A stretch of 64,000 nucleotides of DNA from the human T2T-CHM13v2.0 reference genome, Homo sapiens (GCF_009914755.1 NC_060931.1); one strand, 5' to 3'; shown: positions 18,572 to 34,885, counted from the first letter of the stretch. Program-made: numbers and translations. Notes: a model not told the origin generated them from the letters alone.

Positions 18572-20714
18572 GACAAAGAAGGGCATTACGTAATGGTAAA
18601 ACAGTCCACAAGAAGAGCTAACTATCCTAAATATACATTCACCCAAAACAGGAGCACTCAGATTCATAAAACGAGTTGTTAGAGACCTACAAAGAGATGT
18701 AGACTCCCACACAATAATAGAGGGAGACTTTAACACCCCACTGTCAATATTAGACAGATCAACAAGACAGAAAATTAATAAGGATATTCAGGACTCGAAC
18801 TCAATTCTAAATCAAGTGGACCTAATAGACATCTACAGAACTCTCCACCCCAAATCAACAGAATATACATTCTTCTCAGTGACACATGGCACTTATTCTA
18901 AAATCAACCACATAGTTGAAGGTAAAACACTCCTCAGCAAATGGAATAGAACTGAAATCATAACAGTCTATCAGACCACAGTGTAATCAAATTAGAACTC
19001 AGGATTAAGAAACACCCTAAAAACCACACAACTACATGGAAATCGAACAACCTTCTCCTGAATGACTCCCAGGTAAATAATAAAATTAAGGCAGACATCA
19101 AGAAGTTCTTTCAAACGGATGAGAACAAAGAGACAATGTACCAGAATCTCTGGGACACAGCCAAAGCAGTGTTAAGAGGAAAATTTATAGCACTAAATGC
19201 CCACATCAGAAAGCTAGAAAGATCTCCAGCTGACACCCTAACATCACAATTAAAACAGCTAGAGAAGCAAGAGCAAACAAATCCAAAAGCTAGCAGAGGA
19301 CAAGAAATAACTAAGTTCAGAGCAGAACTGAAGGAGATAGAGACACGAAACACCCTTCCAAAGAAATCAATGAATTCAGGAGCTGTTTTTATTTTTTTTA
19401 ATTAACAAGACACATAGGCTGTTAGCTAGACTAATAAAAAAGAAAAGAGAGAAGAATCAAATAGACACAATAAAAAAAGATAAAGCGGATATCGCTACTG
19501 ACCCCACAGGAATACAAACTACCATCAGAGAATACTGTAAACACCTCTATGCCAATAAACTAGAAAATCTGAAGATATGGATAAATTCCTGGACAAATAC
19601 ACACTCCCAAGACTAAATCAGGAAAAAGTTGATTCCTGAATGGACCAATAACAGGCTCTGAAATTGAGGCAATAATTAATAGCCTACCAACCAAAAAAAG
19701 CCCAGGACCAGGTGGAGTCACAAGCAAATTCTACCAGAGGTACAAAGAGAAGCTGGTACCATTCCTTCTGAAACTATTCCAAACAATTGAACAGGAGGGA
19801 TTTCTCCCTAACTCATTTTATGAGGCCCACATTATCTTGATACCAAAACCAAGCAGAGACATGACAAAAAAAGAAAATTTCAGGCCAATATCCCTAATGA
19901 ACATCAATGTGAAAATCCCCAGTAAAATACTGGCAAACAGAATCCAGCAGCATATCAAAAAACTTATCCACCATGATCGAGTTGGCTTCATCCCTGGTAT
20001 GCAAGGCTGGTTCAACATATGCAAATCAACAAACATAATCCATCACATAAACAGAACCAATGACAAAAACCACATGATTATCTCAATAGATACAGAAAAG
20101 TCCTTCAATAAATTCAACATCCCTTCATATTATAAACACTCAATAAACTAGGTATTGATGGAACATATCTCAAAATAATAAGAACTATTTATGACAAACC
20201 CACAGCTAATATCATATTGAAGGGGCAAAAGCTGGAAGCATTCCCTTTGAAAATCGGCACAAGACAAGTATGCCTTCTCTCACCACTCCTATTCAACATA
20301 GTATTGGAAGTTCTGGCCAGGGCAATCTGGCAAGAGGAAGAAAGAAAAGGTATTCAAATAGCAAGAGAAGGAGTCAAATTATCTCTGTTTGCCAATCACA
20401 TGACCCTATATTTAGAAAACTCCATAGTCTCAGCCCCAAAACTCCCTAAGCTGATAAGCAACTTCAGCAAAGTCTCAGGATACAATATCAATGTGCAAAA
20501 ATCACAAGCTTTCCTATACACCAACAATAGACAAGTGGAGAGCCAAATCATGAGTGAACTCCCATTCAGAATTCCTATAAAGAGAATAAAATACCTAGGA
20601 ATCCAACTTACAAGGGATGTGAATGACCTCTTCAAGGAGAACTACAAACCACTTCTCAATGAAATAAAAGAGGACACAAACAAATGGAAGAATATTCCAT
20701 GCTCATGGATATGA

Positions 20715-20921
<207 letters not shown>

Positions 20922-21234
20922 TAATACAAGGCTACAGTAACCAAAACAGCATGATACTGGTACCAAAACAGAGATATAGACCAATGGAACAGAACAGAGG
21001 CCTCAGAAATAACACCACACATCTACAACCATCTGATCTTTGACAAACCTGACAAAAACAAGAAATGGGGAAAGGATTCCCTATTTAATAAATGGTGCTG
21101 GGAAAACTGGCTAGCCATATGTAGAAAGCTGAAACTGGATCCCTTCCTTACACCTTACACAAAAATGAATTCAAGATGGATCAAATACTTAAATGTTAGG
21201 CCTAAAACCATAAAAACCCTAGGAGAAAACCTAG

Positions 21235-21357
<123 letters not shown>

Positions 21358-24228
21358 TAAACTATCATCAGAGTGAACAGGCAACCTACAGAATGGGAGA
21401 AAATGTTTGCAATCTACCCAATCTGACAAAGGGCTAATATCCAGAATCTACAAAGAACTCAAACAAATTTACAAGAAAAAAACAACCCCATCAAAAAGTG
21501 GGCAAAGGATATGAAGAGTCACTTCTCAAAAGAAAACTTTTATGCAGCCAACAGACACATGAAAAAATCCTCATCATCACTGGTCATTTGAGAAATGCAA
21601 ATCAAATCCACAATGAGATACCATCTCACACCAGTTAAAATGGCAATCATTAAAAAGTCAGGAAACAACAGATGCTGGAGAGGATGTGGAGAAATAGGAA
21701 CACTTTTATACTGTTGGTGGGAGTGTAAATTAGTTCAACCATTGTGGAAGACAGTGTGGCAATTCCTCAAGGATCTAGAACTAGAAATACCATTTGACCC
21801 AGCAATCCCATTACTGGATATATACCCAAAGGATTATAAATCATGCTACTATAAAGACACATGCACACATATGTTTATTGCAGCACTATTCACAATAGCA
21901 AAGACTTGGAACCAACCCAAATGTCCATCAATGATAGACTGGATTAAGAAAATGTGGTACTTATACAACATGGAATACTATGCAGCCATACTAAAGGATG
22001 AGTTCATGTCCTTTGCAGAGGACCTTCATTCTCAGCAAACTATCAGAAGGACAGAAAACCAAACACCGCATGTTCTCACTTATAGGTGGGAATTGAACAA
22101 TGAGATCACTTGGACACAGGGTGGGGAACATTACACACTGGGGCCTGTCTGGGGGTGGGCGGCTGGCGGGGGGATAGCATTAGGGGAAATACCTAATGTA
22201 AATGAGGAGTTGATGGGTGCGGCAAACCAATATGGCACATGTATACCTATATATCAAACCTGCACATTGTGCACATGTACCCTAGAACTTAAAGTATAAT
22301 AAATTATAATAATAAAGTCAAGAAACAATAGATGCTGGCAAGGCTGTGGAGAAATAAGAATGCTTTTACACTGTTGATGGGAAAGTAAATTGGTTCAACC
22401 ACTGTGGAAGACAGTGTGGCAATTCCTCAAGGATCCAGAACCAGAAATACGATTTGACCCAATAATTCCATTACTGGGTATATACCCAAAGGAGTATACA
22501 TCATTCTACTATAAAGACACATGCACATGTATGTTTATTGCAGCGCTATTTACAATAGCAAAGACATGGAACCAACCCAAATGTCATCAATGATAGACTG
22601 GAGAAAGAAAATGTGGTACATATACACCATGGAATACTATGCAGCCATAAAAAGGAATGAGATCATGTCCAGGGACATGAATGAAGTTGGAAACCATCAT
22701 CCTCAGCAAACTAACACAGGAACAGAGAACCAGACACCACATGTTCTCGCTCATAAGTGGGAGTTGAACAATGAGAACACATGGACATAGGGAGGGAAAC
22801 AGCACACACCTTTGGGGAATGGGGAGTGACAGGAGGGAAATTACATGAGGGTCAATAGATGCAGCAAACCACCATGGCATACGTATACCTATGAAACAAA
22901 CCTGCACGTTATGCATATGTATCCCGGAACTTAAAGTAAAATAAAAATTCATTAATTAATGATGTACTTTTTCATATCTTCTTGGTATGTATAGAGAGGT
23001 AAAGTTTTGTGGTCATTTAATTTCAAGTTGCATGGATGCTGCTCAGAGAATCTGTCAGCCAAGATCTCTCCCTTGTGATGAGTTAGGTAGACAGAACAGA
23101 AAGCTTTCTTTAGAGGCTATGAGAGGAGAAAGAAGAGTATTCTCCTTTTGTAGATCCACAGTGTCCTCACAAAGCTGGCTGTTTGCACACTGCTGGACCA
23201 GCACATCCTGTCTGGGACTTTGAAGGTCTTTGCCCATTACCCTGAATCTATAATGCCTGATATTCTGAAATCATGGTGTGAGATGAGTCTCACTGATTTT
23301 GTGCTCTTAAGATTCTGGTTGAGGAAGTCACTATGCAGTTCTCTAAGGGATGTAGAAGTCTGGGAGAAAAGTATCGCATGGAAACCTGCTCATGTATGTC
23401 TCCCAAAGTTCAGGGGCAAAAAATCAGGCTTGGAACCATCACAAAAATTATTTCTAATAAAATAACTGTACTCACTTACACAAGTTTGAAGGACAATAAT
23501 GCATCTTTTTCTTTAATCACCTTAAATCAATAAAATAGTAGTTTGTGATATCCTTATCTTTAACTCTTTTATGATGTTACCATCAGTGATAGAAATAAGA
23601 ACTAGAATGCTTCTGTTACCCCAAGAAAGCAGGAGATGGAAAAAAAATCCAGATGCTTAAGATTGCAGGCTTAAAAAATTCTTGCTTACATTTTAGTGTG
23701 CAGTTAGCTTCTGACCACCTTAATTTAAATAGTATCTTTGTGGGGTAGAAAGAAACCCCAGGAATTTTGGTTAAATACAGCTCAGTTACTATAGAAGACG
23801 GTCATTAAATATTTTATAAGGTATTTTATGTAGCATGTATTTACAAAGGGTACATACAGTGCTACTTAAGAGCCCCTATTATGTACACAAAACATGTTGT
23901 TATAGGATGCTATGTTCAGATCATAAGCTACAGCCTAAACATCTAAAATAATTAAAATATCCAAAATCTATTTAATGGCGTGGCATTTAGGACTGTGTAA
24001 ACACGTAAGAAAGTGTGCTTTGGGCTTCCAAATAATCCACTGTATTAAAAGCTACATTCTAAAACAGTGAACAGAGAACTCTGGAGTTCTGCTGTCACAG
24101 TAAACCTGTGCAACTAAATCAAACACTCCTGGTCAGATATTAAATGATTAAAACATTTCCAAAATCACTTGAAAAAGAACAAATCCATCACATCATTATA
24201 GCTAAGTTTACTGCTTAAGAAGCAATAC

Positions 24229-24610
<382 letters not shown>

Positions 24611-24834
24611 TTAAGAAGCAAAAATGCAAAAACAGCAGCCTGATTATTTTTAAAATTATAACATACCCTCAAGTAAGTAGCTTGAATTTGCCTCCCGGGC
24701 AGAGATTGGATGTGGAGGAGAGCTGAGTTGGGAAGCATTTTGGCTGCAAGTATTAGAGATTTTAAATTTTTCTCCTGAACTGAAAAAGTTCCATTGTAAG
24801 CCCACTGAATACTGTGCATCTAACCTTGAGGCAA

Positions 24835-24861
24835 CCTAGCAACAGTGACATCTAGTGGTCA
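24835..24861 (-). promoter_or_regulatory. Candidate CTCF site with abutting RFX X-box half site
   Basis: Minus strand TGACCACTAGATGTCACTG fits the CTCF core CCACYAGRKGGCR with one mismatch. Plus strand CCTAGCAAC (24835-24843) is the X1-box core. Not within a recognisable repeat. Confidence 0.5.
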
Positions 24862-25105
24862 CACTAATTGCATCTCCTCACCTCTCTTCCTCCCCAAACC
24901 CTTCCCAAAAAAGAGTGATATCAGAGTTAAGCATTTAAAGTTGAATCTCTCTGCTAATATCTACCCTTAAATGGTCTTTCTGGGTCTCTAAGTTGTTTCA
25001 AATACAAGTATTGATAGATCAGGGCTAAAATGTTTAACTGAGTCTTTCTTTGATTTGTATGAAAGTCACCTTGCAATATAGCAAAAGGAGAACAATCGGG
25101 CCCAA

Positions 25106-25139
<34 letters not shown>

Positions 25140-25615
25140 CAAAACAAGTCTGACAGCCCGAAGATCTTCGTCATGATTAGAACGCTCAGAGTTGCTTTGT
25201 CCTGCTCCTATACTCCATCACACAGAAGGCTGCCACCAGACTAATCTCCCCAAATAGTAACTGTCATCAATGCTTCAGTTGTCCCCAGCTGCCCACCACA
25301 TTGAATTCATACGTACCTGCCTGGCTTTCAAAGCACTCATAAGAATCACCCACTGTACTTATTTCTAACAATTCCTCATTTCTCTACTCCAGCCAAGTTA
25401 GTTTCTTTTCTGTTCTCTGGATCCATCATAGTCCTTTCTCTTTTCTTGCCTTTTTTCCTCCTTTTCTCGCTCCTTTCTTCTCTGATATCTATTTTTCAAA
25501 GCTCATTTTAAGTTCATCCCTTCTACAAAGCCATATCTTCATTATTGCTCAAGCCTATGCCGACCTCTCATTTCTCTGAATTTCCATTTCATTTACACTT
25601 AGTACCACTCAGTGA

Positions 25616-26054
<439 letters not shown>

Positions 26055-26639
26055 CATAGTTTTTAAATGATGTAACATATCTAAAACAAATCCTCATCTA
26101 AACCATTCCTTAATTTCTCCTCAAGTTTCAGTGGAACAACTCTATCTCTTCTTGTCCAACTAGTTGGTGGACTCTAGTTTTTAGTAACTGTTAGTATAAT
26201 GTTAAGCTGAGATACGAAACAATAAATAAGCCTTATACCAACTTGAGTTGTTGTAAAAATGTATTCCCAGAACATTTTCAAGGGAACACCAACATAGAAT
26301 GAATTATTTTACAAACATTAGATACTATACAACAGAGCAAAATGACAAAATAGTGTGGAAATCTCTCTTTGTATTTGAAAAGCTCTATTTCCCTTCCTTT
26401 AGGAAGATCATCTACTATCTACTCCAAAAATGTTATCCTATATCTGTAACTCAAGTTCTGTTCACTATTGTTTGATGGCTCCCTGCTTTTCAAATCGATG
26501 GTACACTATCATGGATTATCTAAGGAACACCGAGTGCCAAAATAAATTCCTAGTTTCTATTATGTTTTAAATAAAGGGAACTTACATATCAGAATTTGGA
26601 TAAATAATATTTAAGATTCTATTCCATATCCACTAAGCA

Positions 26640-26990
26640 TTGGCCGGGTTAATACCACATTGGTTAAGATTCAACTGAAGGATTGAATTTTCTCCTGGTC
26701 ACCACGTTTTTAAAGAGACAGACAAATTGGAGAGAGTTCAGAGGGGAAGAACAAAAATGATCAAAGGTTTGGAAAATCAGCTCTGTGAGGAAAGGTTAAG
26801 AGAATAAGGCCTGTTCTGCCTAGAGAAGAGAGAACTGAAGGGCCATAATAACTCTCCAAAATACATAAAAGAATGTTTCCAGGAGGAAAGGGACCAATTA
26901 TCCTCATTAGTCAACAAGGATAGGACTAGGGATAATGGGACTTAAGTTGCAGCAAAAGGAAGAAAAAAAAAGATTAAATATTATGAAAAC
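26640..26990 (+). mobile_element. CR1/L3 LINE relic (3' end of RT)
   Basis: GACAAATTGGAGAGAGTTCAGAGG...ATGATCAAAGGTTTGGAAAA...TGAGGAAAGGTTAAG...CCTAGAGAAGAGA...AGGACTAGGGATAATGG is the hallmark CR1/L3 sequence. Confidence 0.8.
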
Positions 26991-27664
26991 CTTCATTTCA
27001 AGGCTAGGCCTAATGCTTTTTCTGAGTTAGGGATAAAGAAATCGTCCCTCTGTGATGATAGGGAAAATATCAGAAAATTATCAGAGAAAACCTTGGCAAC
27101 TCAAGAATTATAAAGGAAAAAAAGATGAAATTTTGATGTTATGCTTAAAATGTGCATAACATTCTCCACTCAAACCCAATGAGGTAGTTATTTTCACCAA
27201 AAACCATAAAAATACATACAGAACACATAAAAACAAAGATGCACAGACAAACAAATACAAATGAAGAAAGACAATTACCTATTCCCATACTCTCTTGGCT
27301 CATCTTTCACAGGATTAATGCATAAAATAGGTTTTATCTTAAAATAATAAAACATTAGTGCCCTTTGTTCCTTGATTTAATATAGTCATCATATTAAAAA
27401 GTGGTGGAACTGATAGAGTTTTAAATACAGATAAATCAAGCATGCATAAAATAATGATGGAGTGGAAGAAAATATAATACATCTGAAAAAAATCAGCATT
27501 CATTTGCATATGATTTGTTTTTGTTGCATGTCATTTACCTTGGTATATTCTTAAGGCCCTACTTCTCTGAGAAGGTGGGAATTATCCAGTTGAATGCATT
27601 ATCTTCATTCCTTTATATCTCAGCACAACTCTGATTGTCAGTCTCCATTTCTCCATTGCTTTCT

Positions 27665-28100
27665 TCTCTCAATGCATATTTATTGATAACCTGCTGTTTG
27701 ACCAGGAACTAGGCCAGTGTTTTCACTCACCTTTATTCAATCAATCATTCAATCATTTAGCCAATGAATATTTATTGAATGTCTTCCATATCCTGGGCAC
27801 CTTGATAAACACTCTGGCTAAGGCTGAGGACAAGACATACTTTGTCCCTGCCCTCATGGAGTATACATTTTGACATAAACAAATACATATGATGTATGAG
27901 GAGTGTTGAGGAGGGGAAGTAAAGGGTGCTATGAGAGCACATAGCGGGAGAACCTAAGTTAGTCTAGGGAACACTGCCTTACAAATGAAAGTTAGCAGGT
28001 AAATAATGGGGTGTGGGTAGAGGAAGGGGCAAGTATTCCAGGTAAACTGGTAGAGGAATAGCATGTGAAAAATTTCAGAAAGAAGAGAGACAGCAATGGT
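27665..28100 (-). mobile_element. MIR/L2 relics (L2 3' end)
   Basis: TCATTCAATCATT...ATATTTATTGAATGTC...GTCCCTGCCCTCATGGAG is the antisense L2 tail. Confidence 0.65.
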
Positions 28101-31100
28101 GTTTATGAATTTATATATTTTATGAAATTACCTTAACCAGCCTTTTCTATAAAGTGAGATTGGGCAGTACAGTAACTATGTCTGTACTTGGAAACATTGA
28201 AATTATCTATAATATTTTTCATTTTTAAGATGTCAGTGATTATATGATGAACTGCCATTTTAATCATAGTTTTTTGGGTTTGAAAAACACCTCTACGTTA
28301 AAATGGGAAAATAATGTGTCTTGAATATATTTGCACTTGGTTTTACAAAATGGGATCTTACCATATACATTGTTCTGAAACTTTATTTTTTGGAAAATGA
28401 TCATATTTTCATTATTTGGGGATAAATTTGATTTTCAGACACAAAAATAGTCATTTGGCACTTGGTCTTTTGATGGTCAAAAACAAAAAAACAATACTAG
28501 CTAATTCTAACAGAGGTTTTACACAATATTTTTTGCACTATTCACATAAATGTATAGCATCTTGAGATGTGTAGTTTAAATGCTATTCTTTTGGATTTAT
28601 TCATTTTGCTACTGCTTTTCAAGGTCTATATAGTTAAATTTTGATATTACAAATAATCTGGAAAATAAAACATTTACTTGAAAGTCTCTAGTGGGGCTAG
28701 AGGAATTTTGTTTCTCAGAAGATCATCATGAAAGGAGGGTTGATTGGGTAACAGCTGAAATGGACATAGCCACTGCTTTATCAACTCCAAGTCTTCCTTG
28801 CTCCTCTCCATCAGAGAGTCCTATGGTGAACTGGCCTGAGGGATTCAGCTCTCAGTTACAGGAATAAGAAGAAACCTCAGAACACTGAGACCATGAGGGA
28901 ATGGCTCCTCAGTAGTAGACATTCTTTTTTATTTAATCAGGTTAATATTTTTATTTTTAGTTTTTACTTTTTTTATGTTTCCATAAGTTATTGGGGTACA
29001 GGTGGTATTTGGTTACGTAAGTAAGTTCTTTAGTGGTTATTTGTGAGATTTTGGTGCACCCACCACCCGAGCAGTATACACTGCACCATATTTGTAGTCT
29101 TTTATCCCTTGCCCCCCTCTGACTCTTCTCCTCAAGTCCCTAAAGTCCATTGTATCATTCTTATGCCTTTGTGTCCTCATAGCTTAGCTCCCACATATCA
29201 GTGAGAAGATACAATGTTTGGTTTTCCATTCTCGAGTTACTTCACTTAGAGTAATAGTCTCCAATCTCCTCCATGTCACTGCAAATGCTGTTAATTCATT
29301 CCTTTTTATGGTTGAGTAGTATTCCATCATATATACCACAGTTTTTTTATCCATTTGTTGATTGATGGGCATTTGGGTTGGTTCCATAATTTTGCAATTG
29401 TCAATTGTGCACTATAAACATGCATGTGCAAGTTTCTTTTTTGTATAATGACTTCTTTTCCTCTGGGTAGATACCCAGTAGTGGGATTGCTGGATCAAAC
29501 AGTAGTTCTACTTTTAGTTCCTTAAGGAATCTCCACACTGTTTTCCATAATGGTTGTACTAGTTTACATTCCCACCAGCAGTGTAGAAGTGTCCGCTGTT
29601 CACCTCATCCATGCCAACATCTATTATTTTTTTATTTTTTTTATTATGACCACTCTTGCAGGAGTAAGGTGATATCGCATTGTGGTTTTGATTTCCATTT
29701 CCCTGATCATAAGTGATGTTGAGCAGTTTTCATACATTTGTTGGCCTTTTCTGTATATTCTTTTGAGAATTGTCTATTCATGTACTTAGCCCACTTTTTG
29801 ATGGGATTTTTTTTTCTTACTGATTTGTTTGAGTTATTTGTAGATTCTGGATATTAGTCCTTTGTCAGATGTATAGATTGTGAAGATTTTCTCCCACTCT
29901 GTGGGTTGTCTCTTTACTATGTTGACTGTTCTTTTCCAGTGCAAAAGCTCTTTAGTTTAATTAGCTCCCAGCTATTTATCTTTGTTTTTATTGCATTTGC
30001 TTTTGGGTTCTTGGTTATTAAATCCTTGCCTAAGCCAATGTCTAGAAGGGTTTTTTCCAATGTTATCTTCTAGAAATTTTATAGTTTCAGGTCTTAGGTT
30101 TAAGTCCTTAATCCATCTTGAGTTTATTTTTGTATAAGGTGAGAGATGAGGATCCAGTTTCATTTTCCTACATGTGGCTAGCCAATTATCCCAGCATCAT
30201 TTGTTGAAAAGGATGTCCTTTCCCCACTTTATGTTTTTGTATGTTTTGTCAAAGATCAATTGGCTATAAGTATTTGGGATTATTTCTGGGCTCTCTATTC
30301 TGTTCCATTCGTCTATGTGCCTATTTTTATACAAATATCATGCTGATTTGGTGACTATGGCTTTATAGTATAGTTTGAAATCAGGTAGTGTGATGCCTCC
30401 AGATTTGTTCTTTTTGCTTTGTCTTGCTTTGGCTATGTGGGCTCTTTTTTGGTACCATATGCATTTTAGAATTGTTTTTTGTAATTCTGTGAAGAATGAT
30501 GATAGTATTTTGAGGGGGATTACACTGAATTTGTAGATTGCTTTTGGCAGTATGGTCATTTTCACAATATTGATTCTACCTATTCATGAGCATGAGATGT
30601 GTTTCCATTTGTTTGTATCATCTATGATTTCTTTCAGCAGTGTTTTGTAGTTTTCCTTGTAGAGCTCTTCCAACTCCTTGGTTAGGTATATTCCTGAGTT
30701 TTGTTTTGTTTTTTTCAGCTATTGTAAAAGGGGTTGAGTTCTTGATTTGATTCTCTGCTTGGTCACTGTTGGTGTATAGAAGAGCTACTGATTTGTGTAC
30801 ATTAATCTCGTATCTGGAAACTTGGCTGAATTATTTTATCAGTTCTAGGAGCTTTCTGGAGGAGCCTTTAGGGTTTTCGGGGTAAACAATCATAGCATCA
30901 GCAGATAGTGACAATTTGACTTTCTCTTTATCGATTTGGATGCCCTTTATTTCTTTCTGTTGTCTGATTGCTCTGGCTAGGACTTCCAGTACTATGTTGA
31001 AGAGAAGTGGTGACAGTGGGCATCTTTGTCTTGTTCCAGTTCTCAGAGGGAATGCTTTCAACTTTTCCCCATTCAGTATAATGTATGCTTTTTCTGCATC

Positions 31101-32084
31101 TATTGAGATGATCATGTGATTTTTGTTTTTAATTCTGTACCATATTTATTGACTTGTGTATGTTAAACCATCCCTGCATCCCTGGTATGAAACCCACTTG
31201 ATCACTGTGCATTGTCTTTTTGATATGTTGTTGGATTCAGTTAGCTAGTATTTTGTTAAGGATTTTAGCATCTATGTTCATCAAGGATATTGGTCTGTAG
31301 TTTTCTTTTTTGGTTATGCCCTTTTCTGGTTTTGGTATTAGGGTGATGCTGGCTTCATAGAATTAATTCTGGAGGATTCCTTCCTTCTCTATCTTGTGGA
31401 ATAGTGTCAAAAGGATTGGTACCAATTCTTCTTTGAATATCTGGTGGAATTCTGCTGTGAATCTGTCTGGTCCTGGACTTTTTTTGTTGTTGTTGGTAAT
31501 TTTTTAATTACCATTTCAATGTTGCTGCTTGTTATTGGTCTGTTCAGGGTATCTAATTCCTGATTTAAGCTAGGAGGTTTGTATTTTTCCAGGAATTTAT
31601 CCATCTCTTCTAGGTTTTCTATTTATGTGCCTAAAGGTGCTCATAGTAGCCTTGAATGATCTTCTGTATTTCGATGGCATCAGTTGCAATATCTCCTGTT
31701 TCTTTTCTTAGTGAGGTTATTTGCATTTTCTCTCTTCTTGGTTAATCTTGCTAATGGTCTACGAATTTTATTTATCTTTTCAAAGAACCAGGTTTTTGTT
31801 TCATTTATCTTTTGTATTGCTTTTTGTTTCAATTTCATTTAGTTCTGCTCTGATCTTGGTTATTTCCTTTCTTCTGCTGGGTTTGTGTTTGGTTTGTTCT
31901 TGCTTCACTAGTTTCTTGAAGTGTGACCTTATAGTGTCAGTTTGTGCTCTTTCAGTCTTTTTGCTGTAGGCGTTTAGGGCTATGAACTTTCCTCTTAGCA
32001 CTGCTTTTGCTATATCCCAGAGGTTTTGGTAGGTTTTGTCATTATTGTTGTTCAGTTCAAATAATTTTTTAATTTCCATCTTGA

Positions 32085-32558
<474 letters not shown>

Positions 32559-34095
32559 TTAATGGCCTATCATGTGGTCTATCTTGGAGAAAGTTCTATG
32601 CGCTACTGAATAGAATGTGTATTCTGAAGTTGTTGAATGAAATGTTCTGTATATATCTCTTAAGTCCATTTGTTCCAAGGTGTAGTTTAAATCCATTGTT
32701 TCTTTGTTGACTTTCTCTCTTGATGACCTCTCTAGTGCTGTCAGTGAATTACTGAAGTCTCCCACTATTATTATGTTGCTGTCTATCTCACTTCTTAGAT
32801 CTATTAGTAATTGTTTTATAAATTTAGAAGCTTCAGTGTTAGGTGCATATATGTTTAGGATTGTGATGTTTTCCTGTTGGACAGGAATATTACTATTATA
32901 TAAGGTCCCTCTTTGTCTCTTTTAACTGCTGTTGCTTTAAAGTTTGTCTTGTCGGATATAAGAATAGCTACCCCTGCTCAGTTTTGGTATCTATTTGCAT
33001 AAAATGCCTTTTTCCACCCCTTTACTTTAAGTTTATGCAAGTCCTTTTGTGTTAGGTGAGTCTCCAGCAGATAGTTGGTTGGTGAGTTCTTATCCATTCT
33101 GTGGTTCTTTATCTTTTAAGTGGAGAGTTTAAGCCATTTACATTCAACATTAGTATTGAAATGTGAGGTACCATTGCATTCATCATGCTCTTTGCTGCCG
33201 GTGTTTTTTGTTTTTGTGTGTGTGTTTTAACCTGTATTTTCTGTTTTTTTAACCTGTATTTTTGTTTTATAGGTCCTGTGTGATTTATGCTTTAAAGAGG
33301 TTCTGTTTTGATGTGTTTCCAGGATTTGTTTAAAGATTTAGAGCTCCTTTTAGCAGTTCTTGTAGTGGTGGCTTGGTAATGGCGAATTCTCTCAGCATTT
33401 GCTTGTCTGAGAAAGACTATATCTTTCCTTCATATATGATGCTTAGTTTTGCTGGATACAAAATTCTTGACTGATAATTATTTTGTTTGAGGAGGCTGAA
33501 GATAGGGCCCCAATCCCTTCTAGCTTATAGGGTTTCTGCTGAGAAATCTGCTGTTAATCTGATAGGTTTTCCTTTATAGGTTAGCTGGTGCTTCTGTCTC
33601 AAAGCTCTTAAGATTCTTTCCTTCACCTTAACTTTGGACAACCTGATGACAATGTGCCCAGGCAATGATCTTTTTGTGATGAATTTCCCAGGTGTTCTTT
33701 GTGCATCTTGTATTTGGATGTCTAGGTCTCCAGCAAGGCTGGGGAAATTTTCCTTGATTATTCCCCTAAATGTGTCTTCCAAGCTTTTAGAATTATCTTT
33801 TTCCTCAGGAATACCAATTATTCTTAGGTTTGTTTGTTTAATATAATTCCAGACTTCTTGGAGGCTTTGTTCATATTTTCTTATTCTTTTTTCTTTGTCT
33901 TTGTTGGATTGGGTTAATTCAAAGACCTTGTCTTCTAGCTCTGAATCTTTCTTCTACTTTTTCAATTCTATTGCTGAGACTTTCCAGAGCATTTCACATT
34001 TCTAAAAGTGTGTCCAAAGTTTCCTAAATTTTTGACAGTTTTTTCTTTAAGCTACCTAGTTTCTTGAATATTTCTCCCTTCACTTCTTGTGTCAT

Positions 34096-34885
34096 TGAGA
34101 GACAGAACTAGCTGGATTTCCTAGGCTAACTAAGAATCCCTAAGCCTAGCTGGGAAGGTGACCGCTTTTACCTTTAAACCTGGGGCTTGCAACTTAGCTC
34201 ACACCCGACCAATCAGGTAGGAAAGAGAGCTCACTAAAACACTAATTAGGCTAAAACAGGAGATAAAGAAATAGCCAATCATTTATCACCTGAGAACACA
34301 GTGGGAGGGACAGTGATCAGGATATAAACCCAGGCATTCGAGCTGGCAACGGCTACCCTCTTTGGGTCCCCTCCCTTTGTATGGGAGCTCTGTTTTCATT
34401 CTATTTCACTCTATTAAATCTTGCAACTGCATTCTTCTGGTCCGTGTTTTTTACGACTCGAGCTGAGCTTTTGCTTGCCGTCCACCACTGCTGTTTGCCG
34501 CCGTCACAGACCTGCTGCTGACTTCCATCCCTCCGGATCCGACAGGGTGTCTGCTGTGCTTCTGATCCAGCGAGGCGCCCACTGCCACTCCAGATCAGGC
34601 TAAAAGCTTGCCATTGTTCCTGGATGGCTAAGTGCCCAGGTTCATCCTAATGGAGCTGAACACTAGTCACTGGGTTCCACGGTTCTCTTCCATGACCCAC
34701 GGCTTCTAATAGAGCTATAACACTCACTGCATGGCCCAAGATTCCATTCCTTGGAATCCATGAGGCCAAGAACCCCAGGTGAGAGAACATGAGGCTTGCC
34801 ACCATCTAGGAAGTGGCCCGCTGCCATTTTGGAAGCGGCCTGCCACCATCTTGGGAGCTCTGGGAGCAAGGATCCCCCGGTAACA
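34096..34885 (+). mobile_element. Solo LTR17 (HERV-W LTR)
   Basis: TGAGAGACAGAACTAGCTGGATTTCCTAGG...GCAAGGATCCCCCGGTAACA, 790 bp, TG...CA ends, 4-bp TSD TCAT (34092-34095 / 34886-34889). CCAAT at 34209 and 34275, TATA (GATATAAA) at 34321, ATTAAA at 34413. Confidence 0.92.

Noticed and set aside
21595-22299. Longest ORF in the window (234 aa)
   Set aside because: It is the L1 ORF2 C-terminus reading through into the 3' UTR after a small deletion, not a host gene.
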